In this document: in pieces, positions 21,084-31,456 of the stretch
Position numbering within the stretch: position 1 is the first letter of the stretch
How the letters are laid out: each line of letters starts with the position of its first letter
Assembly (NCBI GenBank): GCA_965197745.1
Contig: CBDANS010000005.1
Coordinates: 192,001-256,000, forward strand
DNA from: Opitutales bacterium
GTDB lineage: Bacteria; Verrucomicrobiota; Verrucomicrobiia; Opitutales; PNEW01
Direction: 5' to 3'
Length of the DNA stretch: 64,000 nt
Translations under genes and position numbers: made by a program
Notes under the pieces: generated by a model
The model's input: only the letters and a program-made list of their open reading frames with translations
What the model was told of the DNA's origin: nothing
The model's database searches: none

Positions 21084-21158
21084 TTCGGACGAATTTAAAA
21101 AACATCGTCCGAAATACCCAACAAAATAACGCAAATCATTTATAGTGGTTTGCGTTAT
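21084..21158. promoter_or_regulatory. Two adjacent inverted repeats upstream of the AlpA-like gene
   Basis: TTCGGACGA-N12-TCGTCCGAA (21084-21113) and ATAACGCAAATCA...TGGTTTGCGTTAT (21126-21158). Confidence 0.55.
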
Positions 21159-21510
21159 GAAAATTTTAGAAAAAAATCCGACTAACGGCGGAAAAAAGAC
21201 CGTTAAAGAAGAGGCGGTAGTTATGACCGAGACTGCCTCGAATAATCGCCCTGAATGGATTCGGTTACCACAACCGAGTCGTCGTTGTCCTCACACTGGA
21301 CTTTCACGGTCCACGTTAAACGAGCTAACGATACCCGGCCCAGCCAATGACAATCGACCACCCGTAAAAAGTGTCGTTCTCAAAAAACGCGGTGCCATGC
21401 GGGGTATTCGGTTGATCAGCTATGACAGCTTGATGGCCTACTTAGAATCCCTCTCGGATAAAAATAATGTGCCCTCATCTAAGAAGAAAAAGGGGGATAT
21501 CAATGAATGA
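21145..21510 (+). CDS. AlpA/excisionase-like DNA-binding protein (true start may be 21157 or 21223)
   Basis: WIRLP...TGLSRSTLNEL...RLISYDSLMAYL pattern; position after integrase. Confidence 0.7.
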   Translation: MVCVMKILEKNPTNGGKKTVKEEAVVMTETASNNRPEWIRLPQPSRRCPHTGLSRSTLNELTIPGPANDNRPPVKSVVLKKRGAMRGIRLISYDSLMAYLESLSDKNNVPSSKKKKGDINE

Positions 21511-21628
21511 TACATGCCGACTAAAAAGCCCTCCCGCTGGCAGGTGAAAAGGGCATAAATCAACTAAAACTAAAAAAAGTAATATCACAAAAATAACACC
21601 TGTCAAGGTTCAGGAAATATATTATTTA

Positions 21629-22093
21629 TTGGGGTCAGAAGCGGTACTATTGCCTGTTCCATATAAGAAAAAAGGGTGTCGCAAATCCGAGTGGCAGAAA
21701 ACATCATCGAAAGATACGCAGACTACGGGATGGCAACGTGAACTTAACAAGGGGAATATTGCGGTTCTTACTGGTCAACCATCAAACGGTGTCGTAGCCA
21801 TAGACTTTGACAGTGATGAGAGCCTCAAGGAATTCCTTGCCCTTAATCCTGATTTAACCGAAAGCACGCGAACAAAAGGTAATCGCGGTGCCGTTATATG
21901 GATACGAGTCAAGGGTGATTATCCTGATCTTCGCATCTTTAAGATAGAAGACAATATTTTCGCGGAATGGAAGTCGACGGGAGGGCAGCAGAATATAAGT
22001 GGCATCCACCCCGAAGGGATTCCATATCGTTTCCATGTTATAAGCGGTTTAAGTAGATATCTGTTTAATAAACAAGCCACTCTAAAAATCTAA
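21629..22093 (+). pseudogene. Bifunctional DNA primase-polymerase N-terminal domain, truncated
   Basis: K..WQ, GNIAVLTG...VVAIDFD, T.GNRG and SGIHPEG..Y motifs; no downstream helicase region. Confidence 0.75.
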
Positions 22094-22209
22094 GCAGTTT
22101 ATATAGTAAATAAAGATAATAAATATGGGACTAAGCTGACGGGACGAAAAGTTACGTCTCCCGATCTGCATTTCCCAAATCTTTAAATCGGGAGTTACCT
22201 GCACGAGAA

Positions 22210-22935
22210 ATGAATAAAAAGAGCAATCATAAAGTTGCCTCTGCAATAGAAAGTCTTAGGAAAAGGGATCCAGAGCTATTTGAACCGGGTGCTGATAAGA
22301 CAGGTATTGCCAATGACTACATAATTGACATTAGGAGACTAAAACGAGGTCAACCGGTGGTTATTTACTGCCGGGTCTCCGGGAATGTTCAAGAAAGTTC
22401 CCAAAACCTCAGCGATCAGGGTGAGAATTTAAAGAATGAGTTAAAGCAGCCGGAATTTGTAGTTCTTAAGATAATATCAGAAGTAGCTTCTGGCTGGAAG
22501 GAAGACCGTGATGGCCTCAAGTTAGCAGCAGAATATGCTCTTGCAAAAGACGCCGTTCTCGTTGCGGAGTCTGTTACGCGATTTATCCGAAACAAGGATT
22601 ACAACAGTAAGACAAACTGGAAAGTACGGCCCACCCAAGCAGATTATAGACGTTTACAACGTGATACGCACGGTGTGAAGCTTGCGACCTTAATTAATCC
22701 TGATGCCACCCCAGAGGAGATAAGATCTTATGAGACTAAGCGAGGTAAGAAATCAAAAGGCAATCCAGGTGGTCGTCCTAAGAAACGTGATCCTGGATAC
22801 AAAAAAAGGGAAAGACAGATGTATTTGCCAATAGTCTTAGAACGGTATAAACAGAACAAGAATATTGCAGCCATTGCTAGGAGTATGAATTTAAAATACG
22901 ACACAGTGTATAGCTGGATTGTGAAATTCTATTAA
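22210..22935 (+). CDS. Serine recombinase-family protein with C-terminal HTH
   Basis: YCRVS, E.ASG...R and VAESVTRFIR motifs; IAAIARSMNLKYDTVYSW HTH. Confidence 0.75.
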   Translation: MNKKSNHKVASAIESLRKRDPELFEPGADKTGIANDYIIDIRRLKRGQPVVIYCRVSGNVQESSQNLSDQGENLKNELKQPEFVVLKIISEVASGWKEDRDGLKLAAEYALAKDAVLVAESVTRFIRNKDYNSKTNWKVRPTQADYRRLQRDTHGVKLATLINPDATPEEIRSYETKRGKKSKGNPGGRPKKRDPGYKKRERQMYLPIVLERYKQNKNIAAIARSMNLKYDTVYSWIVKFY

Positions 22936-23090
22936 ATCTTTATTTTTTTATGTCCGTTAAGATATTTAATATATTTATCATGTTGGGTTCTAAATGGATG
23001 CATTACTATGTTAGCTGCTATAATTTGAAAGAAAGCGTTATACAAATACTATAGGTAATGGTGTGTTGCTGAGATGTTACATAGAGTAGA

Positions 23091-23391
23091 GTGGATGTTG
23101 CAGTTTTTTGAATAGATTAAATATGATGTTAGATCACTATAAGTGATGTATTGGTGAAAAGGATTAAAGGTATACATCAAATGGTGGGTGTAGCAGTTTT
23201 TGAGATAAATTAAATATGACGTTAGATTCGATAAGTGATGTAATTAGTGATGTGTAATTTAGATGTAATAGATTTGTGGATAGATTAAATATGATGTTAG
23301 ATCCTATAATTGATGTAGATAAAGATGATGTATTGGTGAAATAAATTATAATTGAAAAGGATTAAAACTATACATCAAATGGTAGGTGTAG
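23091..23391. repeat. Degenerate ~93-bp AT-rich tandem repeats (about 3 copies)
   Basis: ATA(G/A)ATTAAATATGA(T/C)GTTAGAT three times; AAGGATTAAA..TATACATCAAATGGT.GGTGTAG twice. Confidence 0.75.
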
Positions 23392-23603
23392 GGTTAATAA
23401 GGGGATAAGATAAAAGGTTATAATATTTTTTTCGTATTCTAGATTTAAATCATGCTTTAATGCTTAAGGTTCGTTAGCGAGAACCATAAGATGACTTTTT
23501 TTAATTCAAATTTTACCATCTTAGTTTTTATTCTTAAGTCAGGATTTAGTGATAACTTAATCACTTATTACTTGCTTCAGAACCGTTTCAAGGAATAAGG
23601 AAG

Positions 23604-24921
23604 TGGTCGGGTTACACAAACTGGTCCACCGGGAGAGTTAGTCTGGAGAGGTTAATGTTGAAGTTAAGTTGGTAGAGGAAGTCAAGGCTTGGGCGCAATG
23701 AGGGCGTAGCCCGAATGGAGCCCGAGCCTTCGGTATTGAGGTTTTCAGTGAAGTGCCGTGGAGTGATGTTGCCGAGGCTGCGGTGGGGTCGGACATGATT
23801 GTAAAGCCAGCGCCAATCTTCGATGACCACGCGGGCTTCGGTCAAAGTCCATAACTGTTCACGGTTTAAACACTCCTCGCGAAAACGGGCATGGAACGAT
23901 TCAATGTATCCGTTCTGCCAAGGGCTTGCTGGTTCGATATAGAGGGTTTTGATTTTCATCGCAGTTAGCCAGGCTCTCAATTGGCTTTCAATGAATGGCT
24001 TTGCATGTCGTCGCTTCGCTCCTCGGAACGGAACCGTTGTCGCTACGAATATATTTTGGCGGCCCATGCCGGTCGAGCAGTTTTTGCATGATACCGCGCA
24101 CCGTTTCCGCATTGATATGGCGATCAACATGGATCACCCGGCACTCGCGGGTGTACTCATCGAGCACGGTCAGCATTTTTAGACTGCCGCCGCGAACCGT
24201 CTTATCGTGGATAAAATCCCAGGTCCAAACATGGTCGGGATGTTCGGCCTTTGTCGGTAGCCCGGTGCAGACACCCCTGCGCCGGCGTCTTGGCTTGCGT
24301 GGGGGGATCGCCAGACCCAGTTCACGTCGCAGACCTTGCACGAGACGTTTACCCACCTGCCAGCCTTCGTCCTTCAACAGCTTCGTGATCTTGGGATAGC
24401 CCCACCTCGCGTATTGCCGTGATAACCGCCTTACTGCCGCTTTTAGTTTCGTTAGCCAGGCATCCGGATGCTTGGCCCTATACGCATAGGTGGAACGGTG
24501 CAGCCGAAAGTACCGGCACCCCGCTCGCATCGAACACTGGCCCCGAGTCACAAGTCTCTCTGCCACTTGCCGCTTGTGCCCAGGGCTTACAGTTTTTTTT
24601 CGAGGGTCTCCTGCAGGATCTCTATCCCCAGCATCTTGTCCGCCAGCATCCGTTTTAACCGCGCGTTCTCCTTCAAAGAGCTCCTTCATCCGCTTGGCCT
24701 GGTTGACATCAATCATCCCAAACTCACGTTTCCAGCGGTGGAAGGTCTGTTCGCTTATGTTGTTCTCGCGGCATGCTTCCAGGATCGTTTTCCCTTTGTC
24801 CGCCTGGCGCAGCATCCGTATTTTCTCTTCGGTCGTGTATCTTTTGCCTTTCATTGTCTGTGTCCTTTCTAGTTGGACCAGACTAACTTTTCAAGTGGAC
24901 CAGTTTTCGTGGTCACGACCA
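23604..24921 (-). mobile_element. IS3-family element A (defective), with 4-bp target duplication GAAG
   Basis: TG...CA imperfect IRs (TGGTCG..AAACTGGTCCAC); orfA HTH; orfB WTWDF, DEYTRE, SDNG and PWQNGYIESF; frameshift in the orfA zipper and a 32-nt insert in the DDE core. Confidence 0.93.
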
Positions 24922-26500
24922 GAAGGACCAGAGGATGAACTTTTTAATTAAGATGCTGGATTCCTCACACGATTAGAATACGGGGTTTTTACTCCCTCCG
25001 GGAACTAAGTTGCGCAAGGTGCAGACCCGAACGAAGAATCCCGGCTTGAAAGCGGACCCACTCGATGTGGATATCCCCACCTTTATGTGATAGTTATTAA
25101 TAAGACAGAATTAATGTATAATAGTCCTTGCTATTAGCGTTATCATTTATAGCGATTTTCCCGCTAATCCCTTCCGGGGTCCATTGACTTTAGAGGTATT
25201 TCTCATCCCTCTACGGCCATAAGGTTTTTAGCCATTGATGGAAATAAATGAGAAAGAGACTTCGGAATTGCCCATTATGCCTAATCTCAAAGAGAAGCCC
25301 GACCCCAAAGATAAGTGGAGATAACCATGACCTTGGCACATTGTTTTTTCTCATCAATAACCTGTTTAAAGTAGAGCATAAAAAGTCCCCTATTAATATC
25401 TCAATTTTTGCCCATGCATTTACCCTGATATAAAAAGGAAGTGGTCAGTTAAGTAATAAGTTCCTTTTTAGGATAGGGATTGGATGTGAGCACGCTTTAA
25501 AAACAGTATATGGTTATGTAGTAAGAGACTTGGTTAGCATAGATGTTACCCAGTATCACATTTTCATTTTCCACTGGGTTAAAGCGGTAATAATGCCCGT
25601 TTTTCCTTCCCCAGAGAGACCAGAAATTTATGGAAATTTACGAGGGTGCGGGAGGGTCGTGGACGACGGCCTGTTTACAACGTCGTCGAAAGAAGTCCTC
25701 AAAGACATTAACTTTGGAAAAATTTTCCCCAGGGGGAGTATTAATCAAAAAATTGAACACCGTGAATTTTACGAACACGTAATAATAAGTAGGTGTGGGG
25801 CACACCATACTTTTTCTAATTTGGTGTAACGAAGGAACGCCCCGGACTGATATTTGAATTAAAGACACGAGTCAAAAAAGGATTAACAATGAATGACTAA
25901 CCAAAGATTATTGAGGATTGCATCAGGGAGCTCGCGGAGCGTGAGGTTATCGAGGAGACAAAGAACGATGTGACAATGAGGCAAAGCAGGACGGAGCGTT
26001 TGAGGATAGAATCCTCGGGGAGAGTTATTCCTGACCCATGGCGATGCGATAACTCTCACCGAAGTTTTTGGGGTGATTAACCGTTGGGACCCGGTCCCCA
26101 CGGGACAAAATCCCACATGGTAGCAAACTCGGAGAATTCGCCACACACGGCCTTTTGACCTCGAAATTGAACAATATAACGCTTTCTATAAGAAAACGTT
26201 ACGTTGAGGGCATAGATCGACGCTCCAAGGCCTCAATGCGACGCAACCCCATCTCAAAAACAACATCCACCGGGACTAGCTCCAAAAGGATGAAAATAAG
26301 TAGCCTCAAAACAATGATGCATAGGCGTAGAGATCTCCAAAGGGTAAAAGCAAAGAGAGAGCTCGGAGTTAGGATAGGGATACCGGGACATCAAAACCGA
26401 TGCGGCGTGACATCGGAAAATAAAAAAGTGGTGAAGGGGTTTAGAGGATAGTGGAGCATAACAACCTCAAGCAGGTATGATGCAACCCGGGACCCGGAGG

Positions 26501-26558
26501 CCTTTCTAGGTTACCAAGACTAACTTTTCAAGGGGCTCAGTTTCCGTGGTCTCGACCA
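26501..26558 (-). mobile_element. Solo left end of the IS3-A family
   Basis: CCTTTCTAG...AGACTAACTTTTCAAG...CAGTTTCCGTGGTCTCGACCA resembles 24865-24921. Confidence 0.75.
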
Positions 26559-26740
26559 CCCTTGAAGAGTATAAAAATGCTTTCAACCACGTGATCTAAT
26601 TAAAAGAACATTCATATTCCTCGCGTGTCATTTTACTGATCCCTTTTAATAATTCGATTCTTAGTGATTATATGATTGAAATAGACCATTAGATCCATTC
26701 CCTTTTTTATCAGCCATATCAACTGAGACCAGGAGAGTAA

Positions 26741-28969
26741 ATGAACCTAAAAAAGCTTGATACTGTAACCTCGGTATTGCTGACCATTCCCTTATTTATT
26801 CAAGCCGCGCCTCAAGACCAGGAAATATTTCTCGATTTTGAAAATGTCGAAGGAACTGGAGATTTTAGACTCGGCGAACCACCGAATGACATCCAGTTTC
26901 TCGGCTTTACGATAGAGACATTAGAAGATCCGACACTTTTACACTCAGGATCGAAAGCTTTAACTCTTGGGCCCGGCCAGGAAGGAAGAATCATAAGCAA
27001 CCGAGGGATTAATACGATTGAATTTTACGCAGCTGAATCAACAGGCGGTGGCAAAATCGAGATCAGAGGTTTAGTTAATTCAGAAGGAGGAGCAGCCGGT
27101 GGATTACCTGAAGTTATTACCGTAATATCAGAAAATGGTGAGGTTGAAGGACTGCCGGCCAACATCAGCCCTGACGCCAACCCCCCATTGCAAAGCTTTG
27201 TCGCTGACAGTGGCAATTTTCTTGATGGAACTGACCTGGAATTTATTGAAGGGATAAAAGATGTGAAGATCCTCAATGTTTCAGGTAAATTTTCTATCGA
27301 TGATCTTGGCTACACACTCACAGATAAGCCTTCTAATAATAGCGTCTTTACCCGGTTTGAGGAATTTGGAGTCGGTGATGGTTTATCGGGTCCTATTACA
27401 ATGGGAACATCTCCCAATTCAGCCACCTTTGATGGGGGCCAGATTGTAGCCTCTGTTTCGTGTGCATGTGGATTAATTTACTCGCAATCGCAAGGTTATG
27501 CGATTCGAAATGGAGAGGAATTCACGGTCACCTTTGAAACCCCGGCTTATGAAGTAGATTTTTACGCACAGAATGTAGTCAGAGTACAGTTGCAAGATCC
27601 CGATGGCTCATTTGAAGTCTACGATACTAATAATAACCTGATCGGGACCTTCACTAATTTTGAATCGAGTCTTAATCCGCAATTTAAACCCAATTTTTTT
27701 ACCCTCAACGCGGTGGAATTGGGAGCGCCAGGCGGCATTGGCAGGCTTGTTTTTAAGGACGATCCCGATTTGAACGATGATGTATTTAGCCATTCAGGTA
27801 TAGACGACTTTGGCTTTACGCCGATCGGCGCTCTGGGAACTGGCGGGGCCCCTCCGGTAGAAGGCCCGTCCATTACCACCCAGCCGGCGAGCCAGGAAGT
27901 GCCAGCCGGCACCTCGGTTACCGTATCGGTTACCGCCAGTGGCGACGGCCTTACTTACCAGTGGTATCTTGGTAACAGTGGCGACACCTCTAACCCCGTA
28001 GACGGGGCCACCACCAGCACCTTTAACAAAGGAGAAGTAAACGAGAATTCGAGTTGCTGGGTGCGGGTAAGCCAGGTATCGGGAGCTAGTGTGGATAGTG
28101 ATGCCGCCGTCATCACCGTCGCAGCCCCGGCCGTGCCCCTCGTGCTTGACGGAACAGGTGATATCGCCGGGGAGAACATCCAGCATCCTAATGGTAACGT
28201 CTTCGACCAAATCTTACTCACCGGAGAAACCATCCAGTTACAGGCCAGACCGGATCAGATTACTCGCGTCTCCTTTATGGATGAAACCGAGGACATTGTG
28301 CAGGTTGAGTTCTCTGGCGCAGGATCCTTTACCGTAAACCTGGACGCTGCCACCTTCCTGCCACCGGCCATACCCCCGCGCTATAACCAGTCCGTAGAGT
28401 ATGTGACGGGCAAGCCGAGTGTGGTGATCGATGGAGCGGACTCCAGTTCCTTCTTCAGCATCTTCACCGTGGGAAGGATCAACGCGGTGAACCAGGCGCT
28501 ATTCCCCGAGGGACAGATCTATGACGCCCAGGCGGACGTAACCCTGGTGGAAGTGATCAACTCCACGGGCATGGGAGGGATGCAGTTATCGAACACGGTA
28601 TTTAGTGGAAGCACCGGCAAGGTCGGTGTCGATGCGCGCGGGGTACCGATCGGGGTACGTTTAACTGTCGGTGATATCGATGCTGACGGCGATGCGGTAC
28701 CGCACCTCTTGTTTGGAGAGGGATCCTTCACGATACCCGCGGGCAACCCCGGGTTGCGGATCACTGGAGGAGACTTAGCACAGACGAACGGAGCTGCGGT
28801 CGTGGTAGCAGAGAGCGGATCGACGACAACGGGATTTGATACCCTGATTACGCAGAACAACTTCAAATCGGACAATACCCCTCAACCGACACAGAGCATC
28901 AATGCTACCTTTGCTAACGAGAACGGTGATGACATCGCAGTGACGACTGAAGAGGTAACGATTGAGTAA
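26741..28969 (+). CDS. Secreted Ig-domain protein with conserved C-terminal domain; paralog of 12659-14614
   Basis: Signal peptide; PSITTQPASQ...LTYQWY Ig I-set-like module; shared C-terminal ~270 aa. Confidence 0.8.
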   Translation: MNLKKLDTVTSVLLTIPLFIQAAPQDQEIFLDFENVEGTGDFRLGEPPNDIQFLGFTIETLEDPTLLHSGSKALTLGPGQEGRIISNRGINTIEFYAAESTGGGKIEIRGLVNSEGGAAGGLPEVITVISENGEVEGLPANISPDANPPLQSFVADSGNFLDGTDLEFIEGIKDVKILNVSGKFSIDDLGYTLTDKPSNNSVFTRFEEFGVGDGLSGPITMGTSPNSATFDGGQIVASVSCACGLIYSQSQGYAIRNGEEFTVTFETPAYEVDFYAQNVVRVQLQDPDGSFEVYDTNNNLIGTFTNFESSLNPQFKPNFFTLNAVELGAPGGIGRLVFKDDPDLNDDVFSHSGIDDFGFTPIGALGTGGAPPVEGPSITTQPASQEVPAGTSVTVSVTASGDGLTYQWYLGNSGDTSNPVDGATTSTFNKGEVNENSSCWVRVSQVSGASVDSDAAVITVAAPAVPLVLDGTGDIAGENIQHPNGNVFDQILLTGETIQLQARPDQITRVSFMDETEDIVQVEFSGAGSFTVNLDAATFLPPAIPPRYNQSVEYVTGKPSVVIDGADSSSFFSIFTVGRINAVNQALFPEGQIYDAQADVTLVEVINSTGMGGMQLSNTVFSGSTGKVGVDARGVPIGVRLTVGDIDADGDAVPHLLFGEGSFTIPAGNPGLRITGGDLAQTNGAAVVVAESGSTTTGFDTLITQNNFKSDNTPQPTQSINATFANENGDDIAVTTEEVTIE

Positions 28970-29141
28970 CTCTTCAAGGCATATCTAGGGTATACCCCAG
29001 CCCATCAAAACGCTCTCACTACTCACTGTGGCTTGCAAATGGTTAGGGAGAAAAGCCCCTCACACTGCCTTTTGCTTCATCATTTACAAGTTAAGGTAGT
29101 GGCTCCAGACTGAAGGTCCAATTCCCTAACGAGCATTCGCC

Positions 29142-29528
29142 GTGTCCGGCTTAATCCAGCTAAATATTGATGGCATTATGGAAAACATTCTTCACCACCT
29201 TATTATCCTTATCACTATTCTTTTCCTCACAAACCATTCTCTCTTGGCAGACAATAATAATGATAGCGACCAGGGAAAACAAGAACTGCTCATTACTGGA
29301 TCAGAAGCAGACTTGGGACAAGGGACAATTTTAATAACCGGTTTTAATTTCTCCCTGGGTTCAGGTTTTGATGGTGAAGTGCAATTATTTTTTCCACCAG
29401 AGGATGGTGAAGCAATCTTAAAGTATCTCAACGAGAACAACTGTCATAAAGTTCCTTATGAAACTGTATTTTACAGCATTTTAGGAGATGCAATCATCCG
29501 CAGTTTCAGTTATTTACCTCCCTCGTAA
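29142..29528 (+). pseudogene. N-terminal fragment of an exported protein
   Basis: Signal peptide from ATG 29178, then a LLIT...TILITGFNF beta segment, then an apparently unrelated tail. Confidence 0.45.
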
Positions 29529-29554
29529 AAAAATACTTTTGAACAATTTGTCCG

Positions 29555-31252
29555 ATGAATACTGTGCTTTACAATGGAATTCGGTTACCCGAGGAATGGC
29601 CCCCGCGTGACATGAATCCGTCATCCCGCGAGCCAATGCCGGTTCCGTATCTGGACTCTCCGCCATCGGTGATACCGATCGACGTGGGCCGGCAGCTATT
29701 TGTCGATGGTTTCTTGATTGAGAATACTACCTTGAAACGGGTGTTTCACCCGGCGCAAAAATATGAGGAAAATCCAATACTGGTTCCGGTGACCGCGGCT
29801 GAACAGGAGCGCCCCGCGGCCACGGCCTGTCCTTTCGACGACGGAGTCGCCTACGATCCGGTAACCCGGAAGTTCCTGCTCTGGTACCTGGCCTCCTATC
29901 CGGGACACACGGCGGTGGCGTTCAGCGACGACGGTTTGCATTGGGAGCGGCCGGACCTGGATATCCTGCCCGGTACGAATGTGATCCTTCCCAACGACTA
30001 CCCGATGCGTTCCCGGGACAGTTTCTGCCCGCTCCTGGATCTCCATGCGCAGGATCCTACGGAGCGATTCAAGGCCTACCTATACGTGTTTCACGGGAAA
30101 GTCCCCTGGGAGGTAAGTGAGATCCATCAGAAATTTTTTCCTTGGGAGAATCAGAAGGGCAAGAGAACCAGCGAAAACTGGCTCTTGAAATCGGGTGATG
30201 GCGTGCATTGGGAACATGCGGCACAGTTCACGGCTAGAGGCGCCGACGGCACGACCCTCCACTACAATCCCTTCAGACGGAAATGGGTGCTGAACCTCAA
30301 ACGCGACTATGAAGGCAAACGAGGCCGGGCTTATATCGAAAGGGATCAGTTCTGGCAGTTTCAAAGTCTTCGGGAGGCTACGCCGGAAGAGGCCCTGAGT
30401 CAGGTCAGGAGCCTCGATGAGCCCGCTCCGGGGCTGTCCGAAGGGCAGGTGTTCTGGGTCGGGGCCGACAGGCTGGACCTACCGGATCCAGAGTGGGTGG
30501 TCCAGGAGCCGACACAGCTGTACATGCTGGAGGTGGTGCCCTATGAGAGCCTCATACTGGGAATTTTTGCAATCCTCTATGGCCCGCCCAACGACATCTG
30601 CCGAAAAGGGCAGTTCCCAAAGCTGACTCAGATCAAGCTGGGCTACAGCCGGGATGGATTCCACTGGTACCGGCCGGACAGGGAGGTCTTCATCGGTGCC
30701 ACAAAAAAAGACGGGGACTGGGACCGGGCATACCTGAGACCTGCTGCGGGATGCATTATCGCCCGGGATCGGCTGCACTTCTACTATTCAGGATTTTCAG
30801 GCATCGCCCCTTCCGGTGCCCGCGACATATATGCCGGAGGCAGCACCCACGTCGCCTGGACTCGCCGCGACGGCTTTGTCTCCATGGATGCCGGCGATGC
30901 CCCCGGAGATTTGATTACCCGACCACTCACCTTCAAGGGCGGCCATCTTTTTGTCAATGTGGAGGCCCCGGAGGGTGAGCTCCAGGTCGAAGCCCTCGAC
31001 CGGGAAGGCCGGGTTATCGAACCTTATTCAATGGAAAGATGCATTCCGGTACATGGAGACGAAACCTGCGTGCCGATCCGGTGGCGGGGTGCCGCGGACC
31101 TCTCAGCGGCCGGTGGCGGGCCGGCCCGGTTCCGATTCCGGCTGACAAACGGCAGCCTGTATGCCTTCTGGGTCGCCCTCGATCCAGGCGGTAAGAGCCA
31201 CGGCTACGTCGCCTCCGGAGGGCCGGGTTTTTCCGGCCCGAGAGACGTGTAA
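29555..31252 (+). CDS. Beta-propeller glycoside hydrolase (GH32/GH43-like)
   Basis: RQLFVD, repeated SxDGxHW Asp-box-like motifs, R.DGFVSM; visibly higher GC than its flanks. Confidence 0.75.
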   Translation: MNTVLYNGIRLPEEWPPRDMNPSSREPMPVPYLDSPPSVIPIDVGRQLFVDGFLIENTTLKRVFHPAQKYEENPILVPVTAAEQERPAATACPFDDGVAYDPVTRKFLLWYLASYPGHTAVAFSDDGLHWERPDLDILPGTNVILPNDYPMRSRDSFCPLLDLHAQDPTERFKAYLYVFHGKVPWEVSEIHQKFFPWENQKGKRTSENWLLKSGDGVHWEHAAQFTARGADGTTLHYNPFRRKWVLNLKRDYEGKRGRAYIERDQFWQFQSLREATPEEALSQVRSLDEPAPGLSEGQVFWVGADRLDLPDPEWVVQEPTQLYMLEVVPYESLILGIFAILYGPPNDICRKGQFPKLTQIKLGYSRDGFHWYRPDREVFIGATKKDGDWDRAYLRPAAGCIIARDRLHFYYSGFSGIAPSGARDIYAGGSTHVAWTRRDGFVSMDAGDAPGDLITRPLTFKGGHLFVNVEAPEGELQVEALDREGRVIEPYSMERCIPVHGDETCVPIRWRGAADLSAAGGGPARFRFRLTNGSLYAFWVALDPGGKSHGYVASGGPGFSGPRDV

Positions 31253-31258
31253 CGTAAC

Positions 31259-31456
31259 GGCCCGACTGGCGCAACGGGACTAATAGGTCCAACAGGACCT
31301 CAAGGGATTCAGGGTTTAACTGGCCCCATTGGGCCGACAGGGACTGATGGAGTTCCATCGGGATTTATATAATAGGGGAAACACCAGTAGCTCCTAGTGG
31401 ATATAATTTTTTAAGAGAGTTTATATTAGAAGGAACTGACATCTGGTTAACAAAGG
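31259..31456 (+). pseudogene. Collagen-like protein fragment
   Basis: 11 Gly-X-Y triplets ([33 protein letters not shown]), then frameshifted [14 protein letters not shown]...IWLTK cut by IS3-C. Confidence 0.75.

Noticed and set aside
23091..23391. CRISPR-like array
   Set aside because: Repeats are degenerate, the intervening segments are themselves repeated, and spacing is irregular
23988..24854. Intact single-ORF transposase of 288 aa
   Set aside because: The fusion results from a frameshift that scrambles the orfA zipper, and the ORF ends in the 32-nt insert before the catalytic Glu
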